Below the pieces are notes generated by a model, which had not been told where the DNA came from, did no database searches, and was given only the letters and a program-made list of their open reading frames with translations. A stretch of 64,000 nt of DNA from IMG/VR virus record IMGVR_UViG_3300025930_000011, positions 475-64,474 of that record; one strand, written 5' to 3'. How positions within the stretch are numbered: position 1 is the first letter of the stretch; every line of letters starts with the position of its first letter. This document shows, in pieces, positions 35,504-44,760 of the stretch. Position numbers and translations under genes: made by a program. The stretch is from a virus. Taxonomy: Duplodnaviria; Caudoviricetes.

Positions 35504-36133
35504 ATGCCATTCGGCTGGAATCAAGTAGCATTACCTGTGAGCCCGCCAGCTCCGGCCTCCATTGAATGGAGCGCTCAGGATATCGTTGGCGAAACGGTGA
35601 ACCCCTTCACCGGGCAGCAGCAGACGTACCACTGGGGAGCGGCGTGGCTCGAAGCTTCTGTGATGTATCCTCCGATGCCGGATTCGCAGGTTCGCGCCTG
35701 GATCGGGTTCCTGATGGGTCTCCAGGGAGTCGCCAATGTCTTTCAGATGGGAGATCCGCTGGGGAAAACCCCGCGGGGAAGCGCTCTCGGAGCGCCAGTC
35801 GTTGCGGGCTCAAACCAGACAGGCTTCACGCTTACCACAACCGGATGGGTTGGGGATCAGTCGCGCGTGCTCGCGAGCGGAGACTGGATCCAGATCGGCT
35901 TGCGGCTCTATCGGATGACGGCAGACGCGGCGGCGGACCATGACGGGAATGCTACTCTCGCCATCTGGCCCAACCTTCGGGAGTCTCCGAATCAGGGAAG
36001 TCCTCCGCTGATCGATACGATCACGACTCACAACACGAAGGGCCTGTTTCGATTGAAGGGCAATATCCGTAAGTTCCCGGTGCAGGGTGACCGGTTCTAC
36101 CGTCTACAGTTCGATATCCGGGAGGCGATTTAG
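35504..36133 (+). CDS. distal tail protein-like
   Basis: PFTGQQQ...W, W.GFL..LQG....F.MGDP, I.PNLR. Confidence 0.7.
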   Translation: MPFGWNQVALPVSPPAPASIEWSAQDIVGETVNPFTGQQQTYHWGAAWLEASVMYPPMPDSQVRAWIGFLMGLQGVANVFQMGDPLGKTPRGSALGAPVVAGSNQTGFTLTTTGWVGDQSRVLASGDWIQIGLRLYRMTADAAADHDGNATLAIWPNLRESPNQGSPPLIDTITTHNTKGLFRLKGNIRKFPVQGDRFYRLQFDIREAI

Positions 36134-36136
36134 CCA

Positions 36137-36715
36137 GTGCCGCGGAAGATGTCAGCGGACATGCTGGCAGCCATTCAGGCGAAAGCCCTGTACCCGATCG
36201 TCTTCGTGTACGGGACGTTTCTTACTGGTCCGGTTTACGTGTGGAGCGGTTATGGGCCAACGACCTGGAATGGGCATGTTTGGCAGGGGGTTGGATCGTT
36301 GCTCGGCATATCCGTTATTGAAGAGGGAACTGATGTTGAACCTCGGGCTGTCACTCTGACGCTTTCCGGTTTCGATTCAAATCTGCTGAATTTGGCGCTC
36401 GGAGAAGTTCGGCAGGGGCTTCCCGTGGGGATCTACTTCGGCCTCCGCTACGCCAGCTCGCCGCCGGCTATCATTGTAGACCCGTTGATTTCCTGGGCGG
36501 GACGAATGGACCAGCCGGTATTCAACGCCGATGGAACCACGGCGAGTATTTCCCTGAGTTGTGAAAACCGCCTCGCCTATATGAATGTGGCCGTCGACCG
36601 GCGGTACACGACCGAAGACCAGCAACGGGACTGGCCGGGTGATGCGGGCTTGAGCTTCGTTTATGGCATGCAGGACCAGCAGATCATGTGGGGGCGAACT
36701 GTAGGGCAGAAGTGA
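36137..36715 (+). CDS. minor tail / hub protein
   Basis: WSGYG..TWNG..WQGVG.L, TLTLSG, GRMD, RYT.EDQQR..PGD.G..FV. Confidence 0.75.
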   Translation: MPRKMSADMLAAIQAKALYPIVFVYGTFLTGPVYVWSGYGPTTWNGHVWQGVGSLLGISVIEEGTDVEPRAVTLTLSGFDSNLLNLALGEVRQGLPVGIYFGLRYASSPPAIIVDPLISWAGRMDQPVFNADGTTASISLSCENRLAYMNVAVDRRYTTEDQQRDWPGDAGLSFVYGMQDQQIMWGRTVGQK

Positions 36716-36717
36716 GG

Positions 36718-37569
36718 TTAATCTGCGGGATTGCGGAAAGCAAAGCTTTCCTGTCTTTGTCGCAGTTTTAGATGGCCAAAAGGCTTGTTTCCTGGGGCGA
36801 TGGTTCCGTTTCGATAACACTCGGTCATTGCCATCCACTCTTCGTATGAATAGCGGTCTCCCTTTGAAAAATTGCAACGGACGCAGCAGGCTACTAAATT
36901 CTCAACCGTGTACCCGATTTCGTTGTCTTTGCGGTCCATGTGATGCCCGGAATCGGTTTTGTGTATTGCGTGTTTGGCCCACGTAACCGGGACGTGACAA
37001 TAATGGCATTTCCCGGTTTCTACGATCGACAGGAAGTCTTCAAACGTCAAGGTAAACTCTCGTGCTTTCGCCCTGTCGTATCGCCCGAGGATTCGGTCTC
37101 GTGCGGTATTAAATACGGCTTCATATGGCCGCTTTTGGTTCTTGTTGGAGCACTTTCTGCATCCCTGGCAGCGCTTCATCTCTGGTACGCTCATCGGTTT
37201 TTCAGTACCACATTCACATCGACACATCCAAGAGACGTCTTTTCCGGTTCTTTGCTCGACAGGAATTCTATAGAGTGCGGTCCATCGCCCAAATGTCTGG
37301 CCGGCTAGATCGTCAAACGTTGAGTTCTGCGCGGCGCACTTGAGGCATCGTTTCGCACTTCCCCTTCTAAGTCTGAAGCTACTAAGTCTCGCGCGCCGCC
37401 CACATTTACATTGGCAATTGTAAAAGGAATCACTTGCTCCCGTTTTCTTGTCAGCCTTAGAAAGTACCGTCCAGTCCCCGAAAACGGTACCGATGGCGAT
37501 TTCGATTTGAGGGCGGCCTATTATCCGAGTTGCCACAATTTCAGCTTTATCGAGTTCTGTTGCCAGCAC
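36718..37569 (-). CDS. antisense free-standing HNH-type homing endonuclease
   Basis: Two FG.WT.L...C.C.CG DNA-binding repeats; CHYC...DRKDNEIGY..EN.V.CC..CN..K; lower GC than flanks. Confidence 0.85.
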   Translation of the reverse strand: MLATELDKAEIVATRIIGRPQIEIAIGTVFGDWTVLSKADKKTGASDSFYNCQCKCGRRARLSSFRLRRGSAKRCLKCAAQNSTFDDLAGQTFGRWTALYRIPVEQRTGKDVSWMCRCECGTEKPMSVPEMKRCQGCRKCSNKNQKRPYEAVFNTARDRILGRYDRAKAREFTLTFEDFLSIVETGKCHYCHVPVTWAKHAIHKTDSGHHMDRKDNEIGYTVENLVACCVRCNFSKGDRYSYEEWMAMTECYRNGTIAPGNKPFGHLKLRQRQESFAFRNPAD

Positions 37570-37622
37570 ATTTTAATGCTAGCGATTTAGCGTAAAAAAA
37601 CCAATAGAACTAAGGTAACTAA

Positions 37623-38057
37623 TTGACACTGCAAAGACTTCCGGACTGGCCAGAACGCCTCGAAAGGTTTTTCGCGGCCAATCAATCCCGGAAATTTCAG
37701 CATGGCACCTGGGACTGCTGCCAGATGGCGGCGCAGGCAATCGAGGTGATGTGCGATATCGAAATCGAATCCTTCGCAGGCCGCTACACCTCATGGAATC
37801 AGGCGATCGGGATTATCCGCAAGGTCACGAAGCAATCGCAGGTGCGCGCGATCGTGACTCACGTCATGCAGCGATACGGATGCATTGAGCGAAATCCCAA
37901 TCTTGCGCAGCGCGGAGACCTGATGCTGATCTGGCGCGGTAATACCCGTCGTCATTCGGTAGGGCTGCTCGATATGAGCGGCATGATCACAGTTTTAACT
38001 GATGCCGGGATGGCGCGGATTCCCCGCGATCGTGCGGTTACTTCCTGGTCCATCTGA
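37623..38057 (+). CDS. NlpC/P60-like (DUF6950-type) tail-associated protein
   Basis: RLPDWPERL, F.HG..DCC, AQRGD. Confidence 0.75.
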   Translation: MTLQRLPDWPERLERFFAANQSRKFQHGTWDCCQMAAQAIEVMCDIEIESFAGRYTSWNQAIGIIRKVTKQSQVRAIVTHVMQRYGCIERNPNLAQRGDLMLIWRGNTRRHSVGLLDMSGMITVLTDAGMARIPRDRAVTSWSI

Positions 38058-38097
38058 TTTCCCTCTCTTTCCTCCCCTCCTCCTCTCTTTAATATCA

Positions 38098-41000
38098 ATG
38101 TCGAAGTTTGTTGGCGTAATCGTTGGTGGCCTGGAAATTGCAGCAGGCGCTGCCGCTGCGTTCTATGGTCAGAGTGCGCTGGCAAAAGCCCTGATTGTCG
38201 CAGGCGCCGGCACTCTGATTAACGGCCTCGGCACTCTCTTATCCAAAGGACCGCTCGGCGGCAGCGTCAGTTCAAGCAAAAACCCCATCGCCCCCTGGGA
38301 GATCAACTACGGTCGAGTCTGCCACGGCGGAACCGACGTCTACATGAATGCCTGGGGTACCGGGAACAAGTACCTCGACATGATCTTCGTGGTCGGGGCC
38401 ACGTCGATGAAGGGCATCAACGGCCTGCGCTTCGACGGAAAGCGCATCCAGCTCGATACGACGGCGACCCCGCCCGGTGTTCAGCCCTCCACCTTCCCGT
38501 TCATCAACGGCGGCAGTTCCTTTACTCCAGTCCAGCAAACCATCCCCATTGGAACGATCTCCCGCTTCAACAACACGGTAACCATAGCTCTCGGCGCCAA
38601 TGTACCCCTGCTCCAGGTAGGAGATTGGGTGGAAGTCTCAGGAGTCAGAAACATCGTCGTTGAGGATCTCCAGGATGTGAACGGCCTCTGGCAGGTCTCA
38701 AACATCGTCAGCCAGGTCTTCAGCTCCGGAAGCCCTCCAACCTCCGGCACGATTGTGTTTCAGTACACGAGTCCCGGCGCGGATCTCTCGGGCTATGTCA
38801 TTGGCGGCGGCGTCGTCAAGACCCAGTGGCCCGACTACGGCCGCAAGATCTACATGGAGACGCTCACCGGGAAGCAGACCCTGGGAGAAACATTCTGGGG
38901 GATGCTGCAGGGTACTCCGAAGGATGGAGACCCATCGACGCTGATTCATCCGGATGTCGCGAACTGGACCAGCGTCTGTTCCTTGCAGGGAAAATCCGCA
39001 GTCTTCTTGCGCCTCACGTACGATCAGTTCTATTTTTCAAACGGCATCCCGGAAATCTCCTTCCTGATGTACGGCAAGGACGATATCTATGATCCGCGGA
39101 ACTCTCCTCCAACCTACGGCTACACCGAGAATGCCGCGCTCATCGTTGCAGATTATCTGAATCAAGGGTATGTCGATCCTTTCGCAAGCCCTCCTATCAC
39201 AGGTGTTCCGCAATGGGGCTTCGGAGCGGCCTATGGGACAGAGATCCCGATCCCGGAGCTGATCAACGCAGCAAACATCTGCGACGAAAGAATTTCCCTT
39301 GCGATCACGATTGAAACCCTCTTCAGCCCGAGCTTCGATTCAGAGCCGCGCTATGCCTGCAATGGCCATTTCCCGCTATCGGTGAGGCGCGGAGAGATCC
39401 TGGCCAACCTGCTGACCTCGATGGCCGGCAGGATCACGTATGCGAATGGCCAGTTCATCATTTGGCCCGCGGCCTGGTACGGCGGAGGGATCACCAATGT
39501 GCCCACGTTGCGCGGCCGCGGCGCACTGATGGGGGCATTTACGACCGGTGTCATCCCCGAGACGCAGGTGATCTCGACGATGTTCATCGGCAAGACGGCC
39601 GCCACTTTCAAGGCGCCTCCCGGGACCAACTATTTACAGCTCGGCATCAACGGGAAAGTGGGTCTCGGAGATGGCCAATACGACGTCCAGGTAACTGTCA
39701 ACGGGGCTGATTTTTTCGCTACGGTAAGCGCGAATACCATCAACTGGAACTATCCGTTCAATGAGCATGCTCCGTTCCAGGTAAGTGTCAATGGAGGGCT
39801 GCCGATCGAGAGCGCCATCGGCTTCGATCAACCGCAGTACATCCCGTGCAGTGGAGGGGACACGGTAAAGGTGACCTATATCGGAGGCCTCGTACAGGCT
39901 CAAGGCCTCGCCGCGTATACCGATGCGGATGGAGATTTATCAAACCTTGCCGGCGGCGTGGGCGGTAATGATGAACGGGTGCCCTCGCACTGGACGATCA
40001 CCTATTATCCCGGGGACACTTTCACCATCCCGACGCCGTTGCCGGTGCTTGCGGGGCCATTCACCTGGGTGCCGAAACGGAAGGCGCGTGATCTTTTCAA
40101 TGGGGTGAAGGGGAAATTCGTTTCTCCTGTGAACAACTGGCAGCCGGCGGATTTTCCTCCGTACTGCGAAGACGGGCGACACGGCTTCGTTGGCTCATCC
40201 GGGCGCTACGAAAACGATATCTACCTCGAGCAGGATGGCGGAATCAGGATCTGGAAGGACATCCAGCTTCCGTTCACCATCAGCTATGCGGCGGCGCAGA
40301 GGATCGCCTGTATCGAGTTGAGGCGATCCCGGCAGCAGGGGACCGGCACCTTCCGATTCAATATGTGGGGCTACCAGTTAACGGTGCTCGACATCATGAG
40401 TGTCACCTTCTCGTTCCTCGGATGGACGGATAAGCTGCTCGAAGTCGTCAAGCATCGGTTCCTGATCAATGAGAGGGAAGACAACGGCGTGAAGGTGATC
40501 GACCTGTCAACCGAAGTCGACGTGAACGAGACAGACCCGAGTGTTTACGCCTGGGACGGGTTCAGCCAGCAGCTTTCGCCCATGGGGTATCAGCAGTCGG
40601 TGATGCCGTCGACGGCGCCGAATCCTGATTTCGTCTTCACGACTTTGGGTATGGCTTCTGGTCCGAAGAACTCGATCGTGGGGGCAGATGGAGTCAGCCG
40701 GGCAGCGATTGCGCTGAAATGGCCGAAGCCTACCGATGGCTGGATGCAGCAGGGTGGCATGGTGCAGGCGAGATATACCCGCACTGCGGATCTTGCCCAG
40801 GCGTTTTACGCGGTTCCTCCAACGTCGCCGCCGACTTATTTTGTGCCTCCGCCTGAAGCGGATGCTGTGTGGGTGCTGATTCCCGACATCAACCCGTATG
40901 TTGTGGAGTACAAATTCGACTTCGAACTGGACTCCTCCTCCTATGTGAGGGTTCAGATGCGGACTGTGAACTGTGCCGGAGTCCCGTCGAACTGGGTGGA

Positions 41001-41112
41001 CTGTATCAATACGGAATTGCCCCATGACCCGCCGTTTTATACCTTGCTCCCTCACCAGACCGCCTCGCGGATCTCTCCCGCCGATGCCCTTGCTGTCAAC
41101 GGACACCTGTAA
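38098..41112 (+). CDS. central tail-tip / host-specificity protein (gpJ-like)
   Basis: YGRV..GG, G.PEISF..G..IYDPR, N.AL..ADYL, AAN.CDE, RY.CNG, FNGVKG.F, AAQRIA. Confidence 0.85.
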   Translation: MSKFVGVIVGGLEIAAGAAAAFYGQSALAKALIVAGAGTLINGLGTLLSKGPLGGSVSSSKNPIAPWEINYGRVCHGGTDVYMNAWGTGNKYLDMIFVVGATSMKGINGLRFDGKRIQLDTTATPPGVQPSTFPFINGGSSFTPVQQTIPIGTISRFNNTVTIALGANVPLLQVGDWVEVSGVRNIVVEDLQDVNGLWQVSNIVSQVFSSGSPPTSGTIVFQYTSPGADLSGYVIGGGVVKTQWPDYGRKIYMETLTGKQTLGETFWGMLQGTPKDGDPSTLIHPDVANWTSVCSLQGKSAVFLRLTYDQFYFSNGIPEISFLMYGKDDIYDPRNSPPTYGYTENAALIVADYLNQGYVDPFASPPITGVPQWGFGAAYGTEIPIPELINAANICDERISLAITIETLFSPSFDSEPRYACNGHFPLSVRRGEILANLLTSMAGRITYANGQFIIWPAAWYGGGITNVPTLRGRGALMGAFTTGVIPETQVISTMFIGKTAATFKAPPGTNYLQLGINGKVGLGDGQYDVQVTVNGADFFATVSANTINWNYPFNEHAPFQVSVNGGLPIESAIGFDQPQYIPCSGGDTVKVTYIGGLVQAQGLAAYTDADGDLSNLAGGVGGNDERVPSHWTITYYPGDTFTIPTPLPVLAGPFTWVPKRKARDLFNGVKGKFVSPVNNWQPADFPPYCEDGRHGFVGSSGRYENDIYLEQDGGIRIWKDIQLPFTISYAAAQRIACIELRRSRQQGTGTFRFNMWGYQLTVLDIMSVTFSFLGWTDKLLEVVKHRFLINEREDNGVKVIDLSTEVDVNETDPSVYAWDGFSQQLSPMGYQQSVMPSTAPNPDFVFTTLGMASGPKNSIVGADGVSRAAIALKWPKPTDGWMQQGGMVQARYTRTADLAQAFYAVPPTSPPTYFVPPPEADAVWVLIPDINPYVVEYKFDFELDSSSYVRVQMRTVNCAGVPSNWVDCINTELPHDPPFYTLLPHQTASRISPADALAVNGHL

Positions 41113-41118
41113 CTTTTA

Positions 41119-42633
41119 ATGGCCCGACTTGTAGACTTTCGAGACGACGAACCCGCTGCGCCAAACCGGCAGCAGAACGTCAAATGGCAGAAGGGAACCT
41201 CCGATATCGGAGGGCGGATCATCAGCACCGCAAACAGCGGGACTTCGGTCACCTTCGTGACGGAGCTACCGCATAACCTGCACAATGGCGATCTGGTATT
41301 TGTCCAGGCGGGATCGGACCAGGGATCGAGCGGTACGTGGGCAGTTGAGGTGTTAGGGCCGTCGTCTTTCACGATCCCTGCAATCTCAACGGGCGAGAGC
41401 TTCCCGGGGGACGGGCTTGCGGTTTACGGAGCAGTTAAGTTTTCCGCCTACCTGACGGACTTCATCGGAGATGGCGGCGGTACATCACTTCTGTCGCCTC
41501 CGGAGTCTCCACCGAATGGGGGGCTCGGCGGTGGAGTGCCGGCGCCTCCGGCCGGTTCGGCAGCAGCGGGGATGTTTCTGTACGCCGGGGGGACGTGGGA
41601 AACTCCAGGCTCAGTCGGCTCACCTCCGATCCCGAACACGCGGCGGATCGATACCCTGTATCCCCTCGAAGGCGGCGGCGATCTATCGATTGATCGGGAG
41701 CATAGCATTGCCGTGTTCGTGGGGGCTTACGGCTCTCCGCCTTCCTCGCCTCCGACTGGCGGATTACCAGGGGCTGTTCCTGCACCAGGTCCGGGCGACG
41801 TCGGTAAGGTGCTCGGGGCTGATGGAGGCTGGATCGATGTTCCTCCCGGGGCCGGGAGTGTTCCGGAAACGCGGAGAGTGGATACAGCAGCGCCGCTCAC
41901 AGGCGGTGGGGATCTCACTGCGGATCTCGATCTCGGCATTACCGACTTCGTTGGAGATTCCGGCTCTCCTCCAACCGGCGGCGCGCGGGGAACAGTCCCG
42001 GCTCCAGCTCCAGGAGATGCCGCGGCGCAAAGGGTGCTCGGAGCTGGTGGGGGATGGGTCGATACGACTCCTCCGACCAGGCGCGTCGACGCCGAACTTC
42101 CTCTGATCGGAGGCGGTGAGCTATCAACTGATCTCGACCTGGGCATTAATGATTTCACGGCAGACGCGGTTTCGCCTCCGGCAGCAGGCCTCAGGGGGAC
42201 AGTTCCGGCTCCCGCCTCAGGAGATACAGCGGCTGGTAAGTTTCTGGCTACCACCGGGTGGGAAGTTCTCCCGGGAATTGGGGCTCAGCCTTATGACGTG
42301 ATCTGCGCGTTTGTGGGGAAACCGGGGGCGGGGGCAATCGTGTTTCTGTATACCCCACCGCGGACCATCAGCTTTCCGGTGAACTTCAGCGGGGCATCGG
42401 GCTCGGCGTCAGGTACGGCGGGGACCAATCCCAGCTCAACCGCAACCTACACGATTAAGAAGAACGGCTCCACCGTTGGGACTGTTTCCGTTAGCACGGG
42501 AGGTGCCTTCACGTTCGCCACGTCAGGAGGTGCTTTCTCAATCGGCACTACTGACCGGCTAGTTGTAGTCGCGCCAAGCTCGCAGGACGCAACATTATCT
42601 GATGTGACGTTCACTCTCCCGGGAACCCGGTAA
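41119..42633 (+). CDS. tail fibre-like protein with about 80-aa internal repeats
   Basis: Repeats of RRVD...PL.GGGDL..D...DF.GD..SPP.GG..G.VPAP..GD. Confidence 0.7.
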   Translation: MARLVDFRDDEPAAPNRQQNVKWQKGTSDIGGRIISTANSGTSVTFVTELPHNLHNGDLVFVQAGSDQGSSGTWAVEVLGPSSFTIPAISTGESFPGDGLAVYGAVKFSAYLTDFIGDGGGTSLLSPPESPPNGGLGGGVPAPPAGSAAAGMFLYAGGTWETPGSVGSPPIPNTRRIDTLYPLEGGGDLSIDREHSIAVFVGAYGSPPSSPPTGGLPGAVPAPGPGDVGKVLGADGGWIDVPPGAGSVPETRRVDTAAPLTGGGDLTADLDLGITDFVGDSGSPPTGGARGTVPAPAPGDAAAQRVLGAGGGWVDTTPPTRRVDAELPLIGGGELSTDLDLGINDFTADAVSPPAAGLRGTVPAPASGDTAAGKFLATTGWEVLPGIGAQPYDVICAFVGKPGAGAIVFLYTPPRTISFPVNFSGASGSASGTAGTNPSSTATYTIKKNGSTVGTVSVSTGGAFTFATSGGAFSIGTTDRLVVVAPSSQDATLSDVTFTLPGTR

Positions 42634-42639
42634 TTAAAG

Positions 42640-43710
42640 ATGGCCTTCACTCAAACCTATACCGTGGCGATCGACCGCACCAAATGCGGATCGAGCAACC
42701 TGACGAACTTCCCGGTGCGGATCTTCGCCTCGAATTCGAGTTTGAAATCGACAGCGCATGGAGGCGACGTCACCAGTGCGAGCGGCTACGACATTGTAGT
42801 TCTGGCAGACGACGGCACACTCTCAACCCTGCTTCCCTGGGAAGTCGACACCTGGGACCCGGTAAACGGCGGCATCAATATCTGGGTGCAGATCCCCTCT
42901 GTGAACGGATCATCCGCCGGAGCAAACACCACGTTCATCGTGGCCTGGGGAGATTCGGGGATCACGACCCAGCAGAACGTGGGGAGCTTCGCGCCCTCTG
43001 CCGTCTGGGACTCCGATTACAAGATGGTGATCCATTTCGGAGACGGCGCCACGCTGAACCTCAATGACTCGACGACAAACGGGAATAACGGAGTTGATGC
43101 TTTCTCGGGAGGAATCGTTGCGACGACGGGATTAGTCGGCGGTGGTGTGTTCGTCGGATCAAGCGGCGGGGTGCGTGTTCCGGCATCAGGGACTCCAAGT
43201 AATACTCCGAGCGGTGCGGATGTGATGACGATGAGCTGCTGGTTCACTTGCGCCTTGGCGGGAGGCGATAAGTTCGCCATGGCCCTCGGTAGCGGCTCAA
43301 CCACAAACCGCGGATATCTGATCGAAGCGCACAACGGTGGCGTACATGGAGGACTTGTCGGCAATGTCATCCCGGGCATCGGAATTGCGAGCATCTTTCA
43401 CTACGTGGTGGTGACATATGACGGGACCCAACAGAGGCTTTATGTTGATGGCGTAGAGCCTGCGGGATCGCCAAATACGCAGACGGCAAATATCGACGCA
43501 AGTCTAGGCATTTTCACAGGTGTCGGTCTAAATGGAACAGTAGATGAGGCGCGAGTCTCGAAGGGTGTGGCCCGCAGTCTCGACTGGGCACTCACGGAGT
43601 TTCATAACCAGAATGCGCCGGGAAATATCGGAAGTCCTGATTTTCTGATCTGGACTTCAGGGGCGGTTCTCAGTACGGGAGTCCAGCCTCAAATGTTCGT
43701 CATGACCTAG
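42640..43710 (+). CDS. DUF2341-like plus LamG/ConA-like lectin domain protein
   Basis: LTNFPV, GYDI, WVQIP, VWDSDY..V.H.D; YVVVTYDG...LYVDG, G.VDEAR. Confidence 0.8.
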   Translation: MAFTQTYTVAIDRTKCGSSNLTNFPVRIFASNSSLKSTAHGGDVTSASGYDIVVLADDGTLSTLLPWEVDTWDPVNGGINIWVQIPSVNGSSAGANTTFIVAWGDSGITTQQNVGSFAPSAVWDSDYKMVIHFGDGATLNLNDSTTNGNNGVDAFSGGIVATTGLVGGGVFVGSSGGVRVPASGTPSNTPSGADVMTMSCWFTCALAGGDKFAMALGSGSTTNRGYLIEAHNGGVHGGLVGNVIPGIGIASIFHYVVVTYDGTQQRLYVDGVEPAGSPNTQTANIDASLGIFTGVGLNGTVDEARVSKGVARSLDWALTEFHNQNAPGNIGSPDFLIWTSGAVLSTGVQPQMFVMT

Positions 43711-43737
43711 CTAGGGGAAAAAGGGGGTAATCACGAT

Positions 43738-44760
43738 ATGAAAAGATTTGTAATTACGTCGCTGTTTTTGCTCACCGTGTTCGTTGCGGCTTTGTCGCAG
43801 TATTCGCCCCCCTCGGGTAGTACCGGAGGGGGTGGTGGGGTTTGGGGTGCGATCACTGGAACTTTGAGCACTCAGAGTGACCTGCAGGCGGCTCTGAACG
43901 CAAAGGCCGCTCTCGCCTCACCGACATTCACAGGTACGCCGGCTGCGCCAACTCCAAGCGCCGCAGACAACAGCACGAAGCTGGCGACGACTGCCTATGT
44001 GGACGCGGCGGATGCACTCAAAGCAAATCTCGCCTCTCCCACCTTCACGGGAACGCCGGCAGCTCCAACCCCCAGCGCCTCAGACAACAGTACCAAGATC
44101 GCGACAACAGCTTATGTCGATGCCGCGGATGCGCTCAAGGCGAATCTAGCATCTCCGGCCCTGACGGGGAACCCGACCGCACCAACGCAGACGGCGGGGA
44201 ATAACAGCACCCGGGTTGCGACGACGGCCTACGTGGATAGCAGTCGAGCAATGACGCTCATCTCAGACCAATTGCTGGGGTCCGCTGTTGCGACGGTTAC
44301 CTTCTCCTCGATCCCCGGAACATACAAGCATCTGAGGCTGATCATTGAGGCGCGAAGCAGCACCGCGGCAACCAACGATATTGTGTATCTGCAGGCCAAT
44401 GGCGACACGACCCTGAATTACGCGGTCCAGTCCGTCTACGGGAACAATGCCACGGCGAGTGCAGGTCAATCTCTGAGCGCAACAGCGGAGCTTTTCGACA
44501 TACCGGGATCTACTGGATCGGCAAATGATTCCGGTGTGGGAGAGATCACTTTTGTCAATTACGCGGCGACTACTTTCCTCAAAAAGGCGTTCGCTCACAA
44601 TGGGACCGTAATCGGAGCAAGTGTCACTAACAACATGTTCTCGATCGACCGCATGTGGCGCTGGGGAAGCACGTCGGCAATTACTTCTCTCGTGTTCGGC
44701 CTCACTGGTGGCGGGAACTTCATCACGGGATCCAGATTCACCCTCTATGGCATCAATTAA
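43738..44760 (+). CDS. tail-fibre-repeat protein with Sec-type signal peptide
   Basis: MKRFVITSLFLLTVFVAALS-Q; three ASP.FTG.P.APT...NST..ATTAYVD repeats; FSSIP..YK.L C-terminal domain. Confidence 0.8.
   Translation: MKRFVITSLFLLTVFVAALSQYSPPSGSTGGGGGVWGAITGTLSTQSDLQAALNAKAALASPTFTGTPAAPTPSAADNSTKLATTAYVDAADALKANLASPTFTGTPAAPTPSASDNSTKIATTAYVDAADALKANLASPALTGNPTAPTQTAGNNSTRVATTAYVDSSRAMTLISDQLLGSAVATVTFSSIPGTYKHLRLIIEARSSTAATNDIVYLQANGDTTLNYAVQSVYGNNATASAGQSLSATAELFDIPGSTGSANDSGVGEITFVNYAATTFLKKAFAHNGTVIGASVTNNMFSIDRMWRWGSTSAITSLVFGLTGGGNFITGSRFTLYGIN

Noticed and set aside
44621-44746. Upstream extensions given by the ORF track (44621, 38002, 30075, 27548, 23271, 47197)
   Set aside because: They overlap upstream genes or lack RBSs; downstream ATG starts with coupling or an RBS fit better
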